Below, piece by piece: positions 9,670-19,133 of a stretch of DNA of 64,000 bases. The translations under genes and the position numbers were made by a program. The notes below the pieces were generated by a model that was given only the letters and a program-made list of their open reading frames with translations, did not search any database and had not been told where the DNA came from. Numbering within the stretch: the stretch's first letter is position 1; each line of letters opens with the position of its first letter. Origin of the DNA: Tabrizicola sp. (GTDB lineage: Bacteria; Pseudomonadota; Alphaproteobacteria; Rhodobacterales; Rhodobacteraceae); assembly GCA_046294075.1 (NCBI GenBank), contig JBKBJC010000004.1, positions 5,872 through 69,871 on the forward strand. The letters are read 5' to 3'.

Positions 9670-10776
9670 ATGCTGCAATACGGGATCATCGGCTGCGGAA
9701 TGATGGGGCAGGAGCATCTGCGCAACATCGCCCTGCTCCAGGGGGCGTCGGTCGCGGCGATCTTCGAGCCGGATCCGGCCATGCGCGCGGCGACCTCGGC
9801 CATGGTGCCAGAGGCGCGGATGGTAGGGTCGATTGCCGAAGTCCTGGCCGTGCCCGAGGTGAACTGCCTGCTGATCGCCAGCCCGAACCACCTGCATCTT
9901 GCCCAGCTGGAGGAGATCGCCCGGATCCGCCCGCTGCCGGTCCTTTGCGAGAAGCCGCTGTTCACCGACCCGACGGATGCAGATCGGCTTGCAACCCTGC
10001 GCGCGGCCTATCCCGCGCCGATCTGGGTGGCAATGGAATACCGCTACATGCCCCCCGTGGCGCATCTCTTGCGCGAGGCGAAGGCTGCGACAGGCGGGGT
10101 GAAGATGCTGACCATCCGCGAGCACCGCTTCCCCTTCCTGCGCAAGGTCGGCGACTGGAACCGGTTCAACCGCAACTCGGGCGGGACGCTGGTCGAGAAG
10201 TGCTGCCATTTCTTCGACCTGATGCGCCTCGTGGCAGGCTGCAACCCGGTCCGCGTGATGGCCTCGGGCGGCCAGGCGGTGAACCACCTGGACGAGGTCT
10301 ATGATGGCCGGCGCTCCGACATCTGGGACCACGCCTATGTCATCGTCGACTTCGAAAACGGCATGCGGGCAATGCTGGAGCTTTGCATGTTCGCCGAAGG
10401 CAGCCGGTATCAGGAAGAGATCTCGGCCGTCGGACCGAAAGGCAAGATCGAATGTCTCGTCCCCGGGCCGGGCCGGTTCTGGCCCGCGCATCTAGGCGCT
10501 GCTCCTGTCCCCAAGGTCATCGTCAGCCCGCGCAATCCGGCCGGACCGGTCGAGCTGGACATTCCCGTCGATCCCGCCCTCCTTGCGGCGGGCGACCACA
10601 ACGGATCGACCTTCTACCAGCACCAAGGTTTCCAGCGCGCGGCCAGCGGCGCGCAGGACCCGGAGGTTTCGCTGATCGACGGGTGGTGGGCGGCCGCGAT
10701 GGGGATGGCGGCGCAGGAAAGCGCCATGAGCGGCCAGGCGGTGGATCTTGGCCGGGCTGGCTATGTCCCGGCATGA
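9670..10776 (+). CDS. Gfo/Idh/MocA-fold protein, probable NAD+-dependent sulfoquinovosidase (GH188/SqgA-like)
   Basis: GIIGCGMMG Rossmann motif, CEKP, MEYRY, EHRFPFLRKV, EKCCHFFD, GDHNGST; smo locus has no GH31 SQase. Confidence 0.7.
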   Translation: MLQYGIIGCGMMGQEHLRNIALLQGASVAAIFEPDPAMRAATSAMVPEARMVGSIAEVLAVPEVNCLLIASPNHLHLAQLEEIARIRPLPVLCEKPLFTDPTDADRLATLRAAYPAPIWVAMEYRYMPPVAHLLREAKAATGGVKMLTIREHRFPFLRKVGDWNRFNRNSGGTLVEKCCHFFDLMRLVAGCNPVRVMASGGQAVNHLDEVYDGRRSDIWDHAYVIVDFENGMRAMLELCMFAEGSRYQEEISAVGPKGKIECLVPGPGRFWPAHLGAAPVPKVIVSPRNPAGPVELDIPVDPALLAAGDHNGSTFYQHQGFQRAASGAQDPEVSLIDGWWAAAMGMAAQESAMSGQAVDLGRAGYVPA

Positions 10777-10794
10777 TGCGATCCGGTCGTTCCT

Positions 10795-11175
10795 CTACCG
10801 ACGCGACCGACCGCTTCTGATCGCCACGATGGAAATGATTGTCCAGACGGCAAGACGGATCGCCATCGCGCCCATGGTCCGCGCCTCGTAAGCGGTCCCG
10901 GCCCGGACCTGCCACAGGAAGTCTGCGAATACCGCTGCGGTCGCCAGTGCAATGGCGACCGACAGTCCAGCCGCCCACCCCTTTTGATACCACAGCCCCA
11001 CGCCGGCCAGCACATAGGCGAAGCCCGCGGCGAAGTTGAACCGCAGGACAAGGGGCACGACCGCGCCCATGTCGGCCCCGCCGAACAGGGCTCGCCCGCC
11101 CGACAGGATGGTCAGGATCCCGAAGGCGACGGCAACACCGGCGGCAATCGTGACGGGACGGGGACGGATCGGAAT
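10795..11175 (-). CDS. Small multi-TM membrane protein; probable start is ATT at 11175
   Basis: Frame stays open upstream of ATG 11070 through a TM helix to GAGGAG-N6-ATT. Confidence 0.6.
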   Translation of the reverse strand: MPIRPRPVTIAAGVAVAFGILTILSGGRALFGGADMGAVVPLVLRFNFAAGFAYVLAGVGLWYQKGWAAGLSVAIALATAAVFADFLWQVRAGTAYEARTMGAMAIRLAVWTIISIVAIRSGRSRR

Positions 11176-11190
11176 GGCCTTCTCCTCTGG

Positions 11191-11883
11191 TCAGCTGTCC
11201 ATCAGGCGACCATCGCGCAGATGGATCAGGCGGTCGAAGCGGTCGAAGATCTTTTCGTCATGGGTAACGGCGATGATGCAGGCCTCCTGTTCGGCGGCCA
11301 GCTTGCGCAACAGGTCCATCACCAGTTGCGCCCGCGCGCTGTCCAGCGCGGCGGTCGGCTCGTCGGCCAGGATGATGCGGGGCCGGTTGGCCAAGGCCCG
11401 GGCAATCGCGACGCGCTGCGCCTCGCCACCCGACAGAAGCGCGGGCTTGACCCCGGCGCGATGGCCAACCTCCAGATAGTCCAGCAGCCCGCGCGCCCGC
11501 GCCCGGCCCTTGTCCGTCGGCCAGCCGGCCAGGTCCAGCACCACGGCGACATTCTCCTCGGCGGTCAGGAAGGGCAAAAGGTTGTGCGCCTGGAAGATGA
11601 AACCGATCTTGTCCAGCCGCAGCCGCCGCAGATCGCCGCGCAGCCATCTGCCGTCGAACACCGCCTCGCCATCCAGCTCTACTCGCCCGGCCGAGGGAGC
11701 GAGGATGCAGCCGATGATGTTCAGAAGCGTCGTCTTGCCAGAACCCGAGGGGCCCAGCAGCGCGATCACCTCGCCCGAGCGGACCGCAAGGTCGATCGCG
11801 CGCAGGGCATCGACCCGGGTCGCGCCCTCGCCGTAATGCTTGGCCACCCCTTCGACCCTGACCAGGACATCGGCCGCTCCCAT
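11191..11883 (-). CDS. ABC ATPase, LolD/MacB-like
   Basis: GPSGSGKT, LSGGEAQRVAIARAL, DEPT and VTHD motifs. Confidence 0.93.
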   Translation of the reverse strand: MGAADVLVRVEGVAKHYGEGATRVDALRAIDLAVRSGEVIALLGPSGSGKTTLLNIIGCILAPSAGRVELDGEAVFDGRWLRGDLRRLRLDKIGFIFQAHNLLPFLTAEENVAVVLDLAGWPTDKGRARARGLLDYLEVGHRAGVKPALLSGGEAQRVAIARALANRPRIILADEPTAALDSARAQLVMDLLRKLAAEQEACIIAVTHDEKIFDRFDRLIHLRDGRLMDS

Positions 11884-11888
11884 GATCC

Positions 11889-13022
11889 TCAGCTCCCCAG
11901 CGCGGTGGCGGGATCAACCTTCATCGCCGCGCGCACGCCGATGCCCGAGGCGAGGATGCAGACCACAAGGATGATCCCGGCAAGCGCCAGCGCGTTGACC
12001 GGCTCCAGCAGCACCCGTCGGGGGAAGTTGTCCTTGACCATCAGGATCAGCCCCAGCCCGATGACCAGGCCTGATGCCCCGAGAATCAGCGCCTGCTGCA
12101 CGATCAGTCCGATGATCGTGCGGTCGGGCGCGCCGATCAGCTTCAGCGTGGCGATCTGCTTCAGCTTCTCCATCGTCATCGTGTAGATGATCAGCGCGAT
12201 CACCACCGCGCTGACCGACAACAGGATGCCCAGAAAGAGGCCGATCTGTCGCCGCGCCCGGTCCACGACCGAGGCAACCAGCAGGCTCTCTTGATCCACC
12301 TGGCTCAGGGCGGCCAGATGCTTCCACTGCCGCACCGTGGCGGTCAGCAGCGCCACGTCTGCGCCCGGTTCCAGCCGCGCGATCACGGCGGCCACGGTCG
12401 GGGCGCGGCTGCCCTCGGCACCCCGGGCGGCCTGCACGCGGGCGGCGGCGGGGTCCATCGCGCTCTGCAATCCAATGGCATCGGCCAGCGTCACATAGAC
12501 GGCCGGATCGCCGCCGGAATTCATCGCCCCCTCGACCAGCCCGACGACGGTGAACCGGTCGCGGCCAAGACGGACGCGGTCGCCGATCATCAGCCCGGTC
12601 TTGCGGTCGGCCAGCAGTTCGAAATGGCTCGCCCCGAACCCCCGCCCTTCGGCAATCCGCTGCGGCCCGCCCGGACGGCCCGGCTCGAAGCCGATGACGT
12701 AAAGCCGCAGGGTCCGGCCGGCGTGGGCCGCCTCGACCGTCAGGAAGGTGATCGCGCCGGCCTCGGCCACGCCCGGCATCCGGGCAACGGCGTCGCGGGT
12801 ATCGGCAGGAATGCTGGAGGCCTCGGCAAAGGGGCCCTGCGTGCCGGCCTCGACCACCCAGACATCGGCGGCAGGCGCCTTCACCACGGCCAGCGCATCG
12901 GCGACAAGCCCGTTGTAGATGCCGATCATCGCCAGCACGACCGTCATCAGAAGGCCAAGCCCGAAACAGGTCAGCACGAACCGGAAGAGGCCGTGGCGGA
13001 TGTCGCGGATGGCAAGGTTCAT
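11889..13022 (-). CDS. MacB/FtsX-like ABC permease
   Basis: MNLAIRDI start, one TM, large periplasmic loop, three TM; IATLKLIGA and VDPATAL motifs. Confidence 0.88.
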   Translation of the reverse strand: MNLAIRDIRHGLFRFVLTCFGLGLLMTVVLAMIGIYNGLVADALAVVKAPAADVWVVEAGTQGPFAEASSIPADTRDAVARMPGVAEAGAITFLTVEAAHAGRTLRLYVIGFEPGRPGGPQRIAEGRGFGASHFELLADRKTGLMIGDRVRLGRDRFTVVGLVEGAMNSGGDPAVYVTLADAIGLQSAMDPAAARVQAARGAEGSRAPTVAAVIARLEPGADVALLTATVRQWKHLAALSQVDQESLLVASVVDRARRQIGLFLGILLSVSAVVIALIIYTMTMEKLKQIATLKLIGAPDRTIIGLIVQQALILGASGLVIGLGLILMVKDNFPRRVLLEPVNALALAGIILVVCILASGIGVRAAMKVDPATALGS

Positions 13023-14164
13023 GGCGCCTCTCTGACCCGGGCCAAACGGCCCTCGGCGGCGGCCTTCGGCGGGTCGGCCACGACCAGCGCACCGTCGGGC
13101 AGACCGCCCGTCACCTCGATCCGGCCGCCATCGTCGCGGGCACCGAACGTCACGCCGGCTAGGGCCAGCCGGCCGTCCTGCACGGTCCAGACCGTGCCGC
13201 GAAACCCGTCGAAGCCGAAGACCGCCACTTCGGGCACCATCAGCGCGCTGTCGCGCGTTCCGGTCAGGATGCGCACCTCCGCCTGTTCGCCCAGGAACAT
13301 CTCGGCCGGGCAATCGGTGCAGGACAGCCAGACCCGGCGCTCTTCGTTCACCCGGTCGCTTTCCAGGCCGATGCGGGCAATGCTGCCGTGAAACTCTCCC
13401 CCGGGCTGCGACCGCAGGCGGATGCTGCCCGGTTGGCCAAGCGCCAGTTGGCCGGCGCGTTCTTCGTCGATGTAAGCCTGAATCCAGATCGTGGCGGGGT
13501 CGATCAGGGTAAAGACCGGGTCGCCCGCCCGGACCACGGCTCCCGTCTCGGCATGGCGGGCAACGATCACCGCGTCGAACGGGGCCGACAGCCGGTGGCG
13601 CGCCAGCAGCGTTTCTTCCAGTTGCAGCGCCGCCGCCGCATCGAGACCCTGCGCCCGTATCACCTCGCGTTCTGCCTCGGCCACGGCCGCGTCGGCACGG
13701 GCGACATCCTCGTCACGCTGCGCCTCTTCGGCGCGCTGGACCGAGGCCACGTCCTGCCGCGCCAGTTCCATCAGACGACGATTGGCCGCCTCGCGCTGCG
13801 CCAGCACGGCACGGGCCCGGTCCAGCGCCGCCTCGGCCTTGGCCTGATTGGCGGTGTTGGCCGCAACCGCAGCGCGGGCGCGGGCGACGCGCGCCTCCTG
13901 TTCGCCCTGCCGCAACGCGCCCAGTGCCTGACCCTCCGTCACGGTGTCGCCCGCATCTGCCTCCAGCGCCAGAAGCGTGCCCCCGATCTCGAACCCGACG
14001 CGGCTCAGCACCCGCGCCTCCACCGTGCCAAGCCCGTAGATGCGCACGGCAACATCGGTTTCCGGTCGCACGATCGTCACGCTGAGCGGCCGTTCCGTCA
14101 GGAACAGGACGCCCGCCCCGATGCCCAGCACTGCCGCCGCACCGACGACCCAGGCCTTTCGCAT
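13019..14164 (-). CDS. Periplasmic adaptor (membrane fusion protein, MacA-like)
   Basis: N-terminal TM, lipoyl halves, coiled-coil hairpin, LSAPFDAVI and ALMVPE motifs. Confidence 0.9.
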   Translation of the reverse strand: MRKAWVVGAAAVLGIGAGVLFLTERPLSVTIVRPETDVAVRIYGLGTVEARVLSRVGFEIGGTLLALEADAGDTVTEGQALGALRQGEQEARVARARAAVAANTANQAKAEAALDRARAVLAQREAANRRLMELARQDVASVQRAEEAQRDEDVARADAAVAEAEREVIRAQGLDAAAALQLEETLLARHRLSAPFDAVIVARHAETGAVVRAGDPVFTLIDPATIWIQAYIDEERAGQLALGQPGSIRLRSQPGGEFHGSIARIGLESDRVNEERRVWLSCTDCPAEMFLGEQAEVRILTGTRDSALMVPEVAVFGFDGFRGTVWTVQDGRLALAGVTFGARDDGGRIEVTGGLPDGALVVADPPKAAAEGRLARVREAP

Positions 14165-14167
14165 CGC

Positions 14168-14770
14168 TCAGCCCTCCTTTGCGCCCAGCAGTCGCAACTG
14201 CACGGCCAGAAGCCGCATGCCCTCGTCGTGCAGCACGAAGTCCCGCGCCCCCAGTGTCCAGCGGATCGCCACGCCCTGGACAAGCGAGGTCAGAAGCACC
14301 GCCACATCGGCGGCGGAAATGTCGCCGGTCAGAGCTCCCGTTGCCTGCCCACGGGAGACTTCGCGCATCAAAAGCCCGTGCAGGGCCGCCAGCCGGTCCC
14401 GGAAGGCCGCGCGCAGGGCGGCGTTCTCGACGTTCAACTCGCGTGAGAACAGCAGCATCGGCATCGCGGGCGTGGCCGTGATCTGCTTCAATTGCGCCGC
14501 GACCAGCGCCTTGACCCGTTCGACCGGGTCCGGGTCGCCCTCCAGCGCCTTCTCCCAGGCCGCGGCCAGCGCACCCGCGACATGGTCGGCCACCGCCACC
14601 CACATCCCGGCCTTGGTCGGAAAATGCCGGAAGACAGCCGCCTGCGTGACCCCGATCTCCGCCGCGACGGCGCCCGTGGTCACCCGGTCCGGCCCGATCC
14701 TGTCGGCCAGATCGAGGATCTTGGCGACGATCTGGGCCTTGCGAAGATCGGCAGACTGGCGCATGGACAC
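14168..14770 (-). CDS. TetR family regulator (start GTG 14770 or ATG 14764)
   Basis: VTTGAVAAEIGVTQAAVFRHFPTK HTH. Confidence 0.92.
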   Translation of the reverse strand: MSMRQSADLRKAQIVAKILDLADRIGPDRVTTGAVAAEIGVTQAAVFRHFPTKAGMWVAVADHVAGALAAAWEKALEGDPDPVERVKALVAAQLKQITATPAMPMLLFSRELNVENAALRAAFRDRLAALHGLLMREVSRGQATGALTGDISAADVAVLLTSLVQGVAIRWTLGARDFVLHDEGMRLLAVQLRLLGAKEG

Positions 14771-14780
14771 GATCCCGTAT

Positions 14781-14821
14781 GTGAGTAATTGATAACTAAC
14801 TTTATCCGACGCTCAAGTCAA
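14781..14821 (-). promoter_or_regulatory. Sigma70-like promoter overlapped by a probable TetR operator
   Basis: Minus strand TTGACT-N17-TAGTTA; imperfect palindrome GTGAGT-AATTGATA-ACTAAC at 14781-14800. Confidence 0.55.
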
Positions 14822-14858
14822 TTCCGCCGCAAGACGCCCCACCGCCAGTTGATCTGCC

Positions 14859-15131
14859 TCAGGGAACAGTGCGAGACGGTGGCCGCACCGGAAAGCGCGA
14901 CTGCGTCAGGACCGTGCCGGTCGCATCAACGATGAACCTGCAAGCGCGGTCCCCGTGTCGGAAGGTCAGACGCCAGCGCCCCGCATCCTTGCCCTCTCCG
15001 GCCTCGCACATCGAGGTGAGATTTCCGTCACGCATGAAGCGGCGCACCTCGTCCTCGGTCATCCCGAAGGCTTCGGCCAGCAGGGCGGCAGGAACGACGA
15101 AGCCGCGGCCGTCGCGTTCGATCCGCCTCAT
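14859..15131 (-). CDS. DUF6522-like protein
   Basis: LLAEAFG...ITS.CEAGEG.DAGRWRLTF-like motif. Confidence 0.7.
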   Translation of the reverse strand: MRRIERDGRGFVVPAALLAEAFGMTEDEVRRFMRDGNLTSMCEAGEGKDAGRWRLTFRHGDRACRFIVDATGTVLTQSRFPVRPPSRTVP

Positions 15132-15260
15132 GTCCGCTTCACTTCGTCATGGGGCCATGGCGACCGCAGCGCGACACCGACCGGGACGATCGGTCGAGGT
15201 CCTGCGGAAATGCCGTTTCCGCCGACATCTGTCGGGTCCTCCGGCGCCGGGTCCCGGTCC

Positions 15261-15890
15261 CTATCCGCCATCGATCCGCCCCTTCATCTGCGCGAGTTCG
15301 ACCGAATTTCGCGCTCCGGTCTTTTGCAGCACGCGCGAGCGGTGGACCTCGACGGTGCGCATGGCGATGCCGAGCCGGTCCGCGATCTGCTTGTTGAGCT
15401 GGCCTTCCAGGATCAGGTTCATCACCTCGACCTCGCGTGCGGACAGCGTGGCGAAGCGTGCGGCGATGCTTTGGCGGGTGTCGGCCTCCACGGCGCGGTT
15501 GCGATGCAGGTCCATCGCCTGCAGGGCGAGATCGACGATCTGGTTGTCGTTGAAGGGCTTTTCGAGGAAATCGTAGGCGCCGCTCTTCAGGCTTTGTACC
15601 GCCAGGGGCACATCGGCATGGCCCGTCAGGAAGATGACGGGCGGCAGGTCGGCCGCGCGGCCTTCGGTCCGCAGCAGGGCGTCCAGCACCTGCGGGCCCG
15701 AAAGTCCCTCCATCCGCACGTCAAGGATGATGCAGCCGCAATCGGCTTGCGGCCAGGCGGCGAGGAACGCTTCGCCCGAGGGCCAGACACGGGTTGCGAT
15801 CCCGCGCGAGGCGAACAGGAAGGCGAGACTGTCGCGCAGGGCCTCCTCGTCATCGACGATATGGACGGCAAGCGGTCGGGTATCGGTCAT
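15261..15890 (-). CDS. dctR: FixJ/LuxR-type response regulator DctR
   Basis: Receiver domain (VDDE, LDVRM, FLEKP) plus LuxR HTH; adjacent to dctS and dctPQM. Confidence 0.85.
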   Translation of the reverse strand: MTDTRPLAVHIVDDEEALRDSLAFLFASRGIATRVWPSGEAFLAAWPQADCGCIILDVRMEGLSGPQVLDALLRTEGRAADLPPVIFLTGHADVPLAVQSLKSGAYDFLEKPFNDNQIVDLALQAMDLHRNRAVEADTRQSIAARFATLSAREVEVMNLILEGQLNKQIADRLGIAMRTVEVHRSRVLQKTGARNSVELAQMKGRIDGG

Positions 15891-17896
15891 GCGGGCGATC
15901 CTTCGGTCGCAGGGCCGTCGCGCCCCGCGCAGGGCAGATGCAGGGTAAAGATCGTGCCGCCACCGGGATTGGGGGCGTGGCTGAGCCGGCCATGCAGAAG
16001 TTCCACGATGGACCGGCAGATGTTCAGCCCCATGCCCATTCCATGCGCCTTCGTGCTGACGAAGGGATCGTAAAGCCGCTTCTCGAGGTCGGGCGGGATG
16101 CCCGGCCCCTGGTCGATGACATCCAGCCGCAGGATCCGGTCCTCGGGGATCAGTCTCAGCGTCAGCCTGTCCCCGTGCCGGGGGCCTTCGGACATCGCCT
16201 CCATCCCGTTCCGGATCAGGTTGACCATCACCTGCTCCAAGAGGATACGGTCTGCCGTCACCGGGCCGGGAGCCGGCTCTGAAACCTCCAGCAGCAGCTT
16301 AACCCGGCGTTCCCGCGCCTCGGCGGCCATGAGGGCGACGGCATCCGCCGCGACCTCGGCCAGATCGAGGGACACGAGCTGCGGCTCGCGCTTCTTCACG
16401 AAGTCCTGAATCCGGCGGATGATCAGACCCGCGCGCCGGGCCTGGGCGCCGAGGTTCTCGAACGCGGTCCTGACCATGGGCGAATCGGCCTGACCGGACT
16501 CGACCAGATTCAGCCCGCCGGCCGCATAGGAGGCAATTGCGCCAAGGGGCTGGTTCAGTTCGTGCGCAAGCGTCGAGGCCATCTCGCCCATGGTCACCAG
16601 CCGCCCGGTCCGCGCAAGGCTGTCTTCCTGCGCACGCGCGCTGCGCGCGGTCCGCTTGGCCTCGGTGATGTCGATGACCGACCCCATCCAGCCGTGGTGG
16701 CGGCCCGCGGCATCGATCAGGGGCGCCTCGTAGACCTGCACCTCGATCTCCCGTCCGTCGGCGCGGCGGAACCGGGTCTCGAAGCTTTTCGGCGTCGCGG
16801 GGCCGGTGGCCAGAGCGTGCTGGCGCGCAAGGGTTTCCTCGACCGCGTCGGGCGACCAGTAGGGCATCGGCGGCAGGTGACCGATGAGCTTCTCTGCAGG
16901 CAGGCCGACCAGCTTGCAGAAGGCGGCGTTGACGTAAAGGATGCGCCCCTCCATGTCCTTGGCGCGCATGCCGACCGTCAGGCTTTCCTCCATCGACCGG
17001 CGAAAAGCCATTTCAGCGCGCAGGCGTTCCTCTGCCCTGCGCCGGTGGGTGGCGTTCCGCTGCACGACCAGCAGGGCCAGAACCGCAAACCCCGCAAGGC
17101 CGACGATGGCGCCCAGAAGCACCACGTTGCCGACGGCCTCGGGCCGGTCATAGGCGGTGATCTGCAAGCTTGTGCCAGACAGAGGCGGGTCGAAGCTGAT
17201 GGTGTGGAACGGCGCACCGTCGGCGACGGGTCTGCGCGCGCGCTCGGCCAGGGTCCCGCTGGTGTCGAAGATGCGGACGGCATACTGCTCGGCAATCCAC
17301 CAGGGGATGTGGCGATCGAGCATCAGCGGCAGCGCAAGCGTCGCGACGACCACACCCCCCTCGGCCCCCGATCGGCGCAGGGCGAGGGTGACAGTCCCAT
17401 TCTCGACCGGCCCGTAGACGGGTCTGGCAGTCGCGGCCGCGGACCGCAACAGCGGATCGACCAGCGCCCGGCCCGCCGGTGCCATGTCCTGCGGGACCGA
17501 GTCGACAAGCGCGCCGGTCCCGTCGAACCACTGCATGGACAGCGTTTCCGGATTGGCTGCGATATGCAGCCTGGCCCGGTTCTTCAGGGTCTCCATGCCG
17601 GTGCCCGACGCCGCATCGAGCGCAAGCCGCACCAGCATGTCCTCGTCCACGGCCAGTTGGAACCGCAGGGTCTGTTCGACCCACAGCGCGTCGGTGGCCA
17701 GCTTGGCGCGCGCGCGCTCGTCGTCGGACCGGCCCACCACCCAGACCAGCGCGCCCACCAGCACGACCAGCGCAACGATGGCCACCAGCGGGATGATCGA
17801 CAAAAGGTCCCAGCGCCGCGAGCCCATCAGGCTTTCGGTCAACCCGGGGTCCGGGCCTTGCTGCGGCTCTTGTGCCGCAGGCGTGCTGGCCTGCAT
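15887..17896 (-). CDS. dctS: PAS sensor histidine kinase DctS (start uncertain)
   Basis: Two TM, DALWVEQTLRFQL, PAS, AHELNQPL H-box, G-boxes; divergent from dctP. Confidence 0.85.
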   Translation of the reverse strand: MQASTPAAQEPQQGPDPGLTESLMGSRRWDLLSIIPLVAIVALVVLVGALVWVVGRSDDERARAKLATDALWVEQTLRFQLAVDEDMLVRLALDAASGTGMETLKNRARLHIAANPETLSMQWFDGTGALVDSVPQDMAPAGRALVDPLLRSAAATARPVYGPVENGTVTLALRRSGAEGGVVVATLALPLMLDRHIPWWIAEQYAVRIFDTSGTLAERARRPVADGAPFHTISFDPPLSGTSLQITAYDRPEAVGNVVLLGAIVGLAGFAVLALLVVQRNATHRRRAEERLRAEMAFRRSMEESLTVGMRAKDMEGRILYVNAAFCKLVGLPAEKLIGHLPPMPYWSPDAVEETLARQHALATGPATPKSFETRFRRADGREIEVQVYEAPLIDAAGRHHGWMGSVIDITEAKRTARSARAQEDSLARTGRLVTMGEMASTLAHELNQPLGAIASYAAGGLNLVESGQADSPMVRTAFENLGAQARRAGLIIRRIQDFVKKREPQLVSLDLAEVAADAVALMAAEARERRVKLLLEVSEPAPGPVTADRILLEQVMVNLIRNGMEAMSEGPRHGDRLTLRLIPEDRILRLDVIDQGPGIPPDLEKRLYDPFVSTKAHGMGMGLNICRSIVELLHGRLSHAPNPGGGTIFTLHLPCAGRDGPATEGSPA

Positions 17897-18054
17897 GTCC
17901 TTCGTGTGCGCACCCTCCCCGATGGCCGCGCCCCATTCCTTCCATCCGGGCGTTGGCTTGTCCATTGCGGAAACCCACAATAGCGCGACTGGCCCTGATG
18001 CGGCATCACTCAAGGCAATCCGCCGAGGAGGGCGGACAACCGGAGGAAATCAAC

Positions 18055-19059
18055 ATGCTTACCCGTCGCAGCCTTGCCGCGCTTGCCGGCGCAACCGCCC
18101 TTGCCCTGTCGCTTGCCGCCCCGCTCGCCGCGCAGGACAAGATCGTCATCAAGTTCAGCCACGTCGTTGCCCCGGACACGCCCAAGGGCAAGGCGGCAGC
18201 CAGGTTCGAGGAACTGGCGGAGGCTTACACGAACGGCGCGGTGGACGTCGAGGTCTATCCCAACAGCCAGCTCTACAAGGACAAGGAAGAGATGGAGGCG
18301 CTCCAACTGGGCGCCGTGCAGATGCTGGCTCCGTCGCTGGCCAAGTTCGGGCCCCTGGGCGTGCAGGACTTCGAGGTATTCGACCTGCCCTTCCTGTTCG
18401 ACGACTACGAGGCGCTACGCAAGGTGACGCAGGGCGAGGTCGGGAAGATGCTTCTGGCCAAGCTGGAGGACAAGGGGATCAAGGGGCTTGCCTACTGGGA
18501 CAACGGCTTCAAGATCATGTCGGCGAACAGCCCGCTGAAATCGCCGGATGACTTCCTGGGCCTGAAGATGCGCATCCAGTCGTCCAAGGTGATCGAGGCC
18601 TACATGAACCGCCTCGGCGCGGTGCCGCAGGTCATGGCCTTCTCCGAGGTCTATCAGGCGCTGCAGACCGGGGTCGTGGACGGCACCGAGAATCCGCCCT
18701 CGAACATGTATACCCAGAAGATGAACGAGGTGCAGAAGCACGCGACGGTGTCGAACCACGGCTACCTGGGCTATGCGGTGATCGTGAACAAGCAGTTCTG
18801 GGATGGCCTGCCCGAGGATGTCCGCGCCGGTCTGGAAAAGGCCATGGCCGAGGCCACCGACTACGCCAACGCCATCGCCAAGGACGAGAACGACGCCGCG
18901 CTTGCGGCCATGCAGGCGGCCGGCACGACCGAGTTCTACACCCTGACCGACGAAGAACGCGCCGCCTGGGCTGCGGCCATGGCCCCGGTCTATGACGAGA
19001 TGTCCGACCGCATCGGCGCCGAGACCATCGCTGCCGTCAAGGGCGTGCTGGGGATGTAA
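18055..19059 (+). CDS. dctP: C4-dicarboxylate TRAP binding protein
   Basis: IKFSHVVAPDTPKGK, YPNSQLYKDKEE and GLKMRIQSSKV motifs; GGAGG RBS. Confidence 0.93.
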   Translation: MLTRRSLAALAGATALALSLAAPLAAQDKIVIKFSHVVAPDTPKGKAAARFEELAEAYTNGAVDVEVYPNSQLYKDKEEMEALQLGAVQMLAPSLAKFGPLGVQDFEVFDLPFLFDDYEALRKVTQGEVGKMLLAKLEDKGIKGLAYWDNGFKIMSANSPLKSPDDFLGLKMRIQSSKVIEAYMNRLGAVPQVMAFSEVYQALQTGVVDGTENPPSNMYTQKMNEVQKHATVSNHGYLGYAVIVNKQFWDGLPEDVRAGLEKAMAEATDYANAIAKDENDAALAAMQAAGTTEFYTLTDEERAAWAAAMAPVYDEMSDRIGAETIAAVKGVLGM

Positions 19060-19133
19060 GCCCCTGCCGGGCGGCCCTCATCCGGCCGCCCGTTTCCCTT
19101 TCTCCACGCATTTCGAACCCTGCGAGGTGTGCC

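Noticed and set aside
14849-14862. TTGAT-CTGC-CTCAG as an FnrL box
   Set aside because: The second half-site has two mismatches and overlaps a stop codon; too weak to call.
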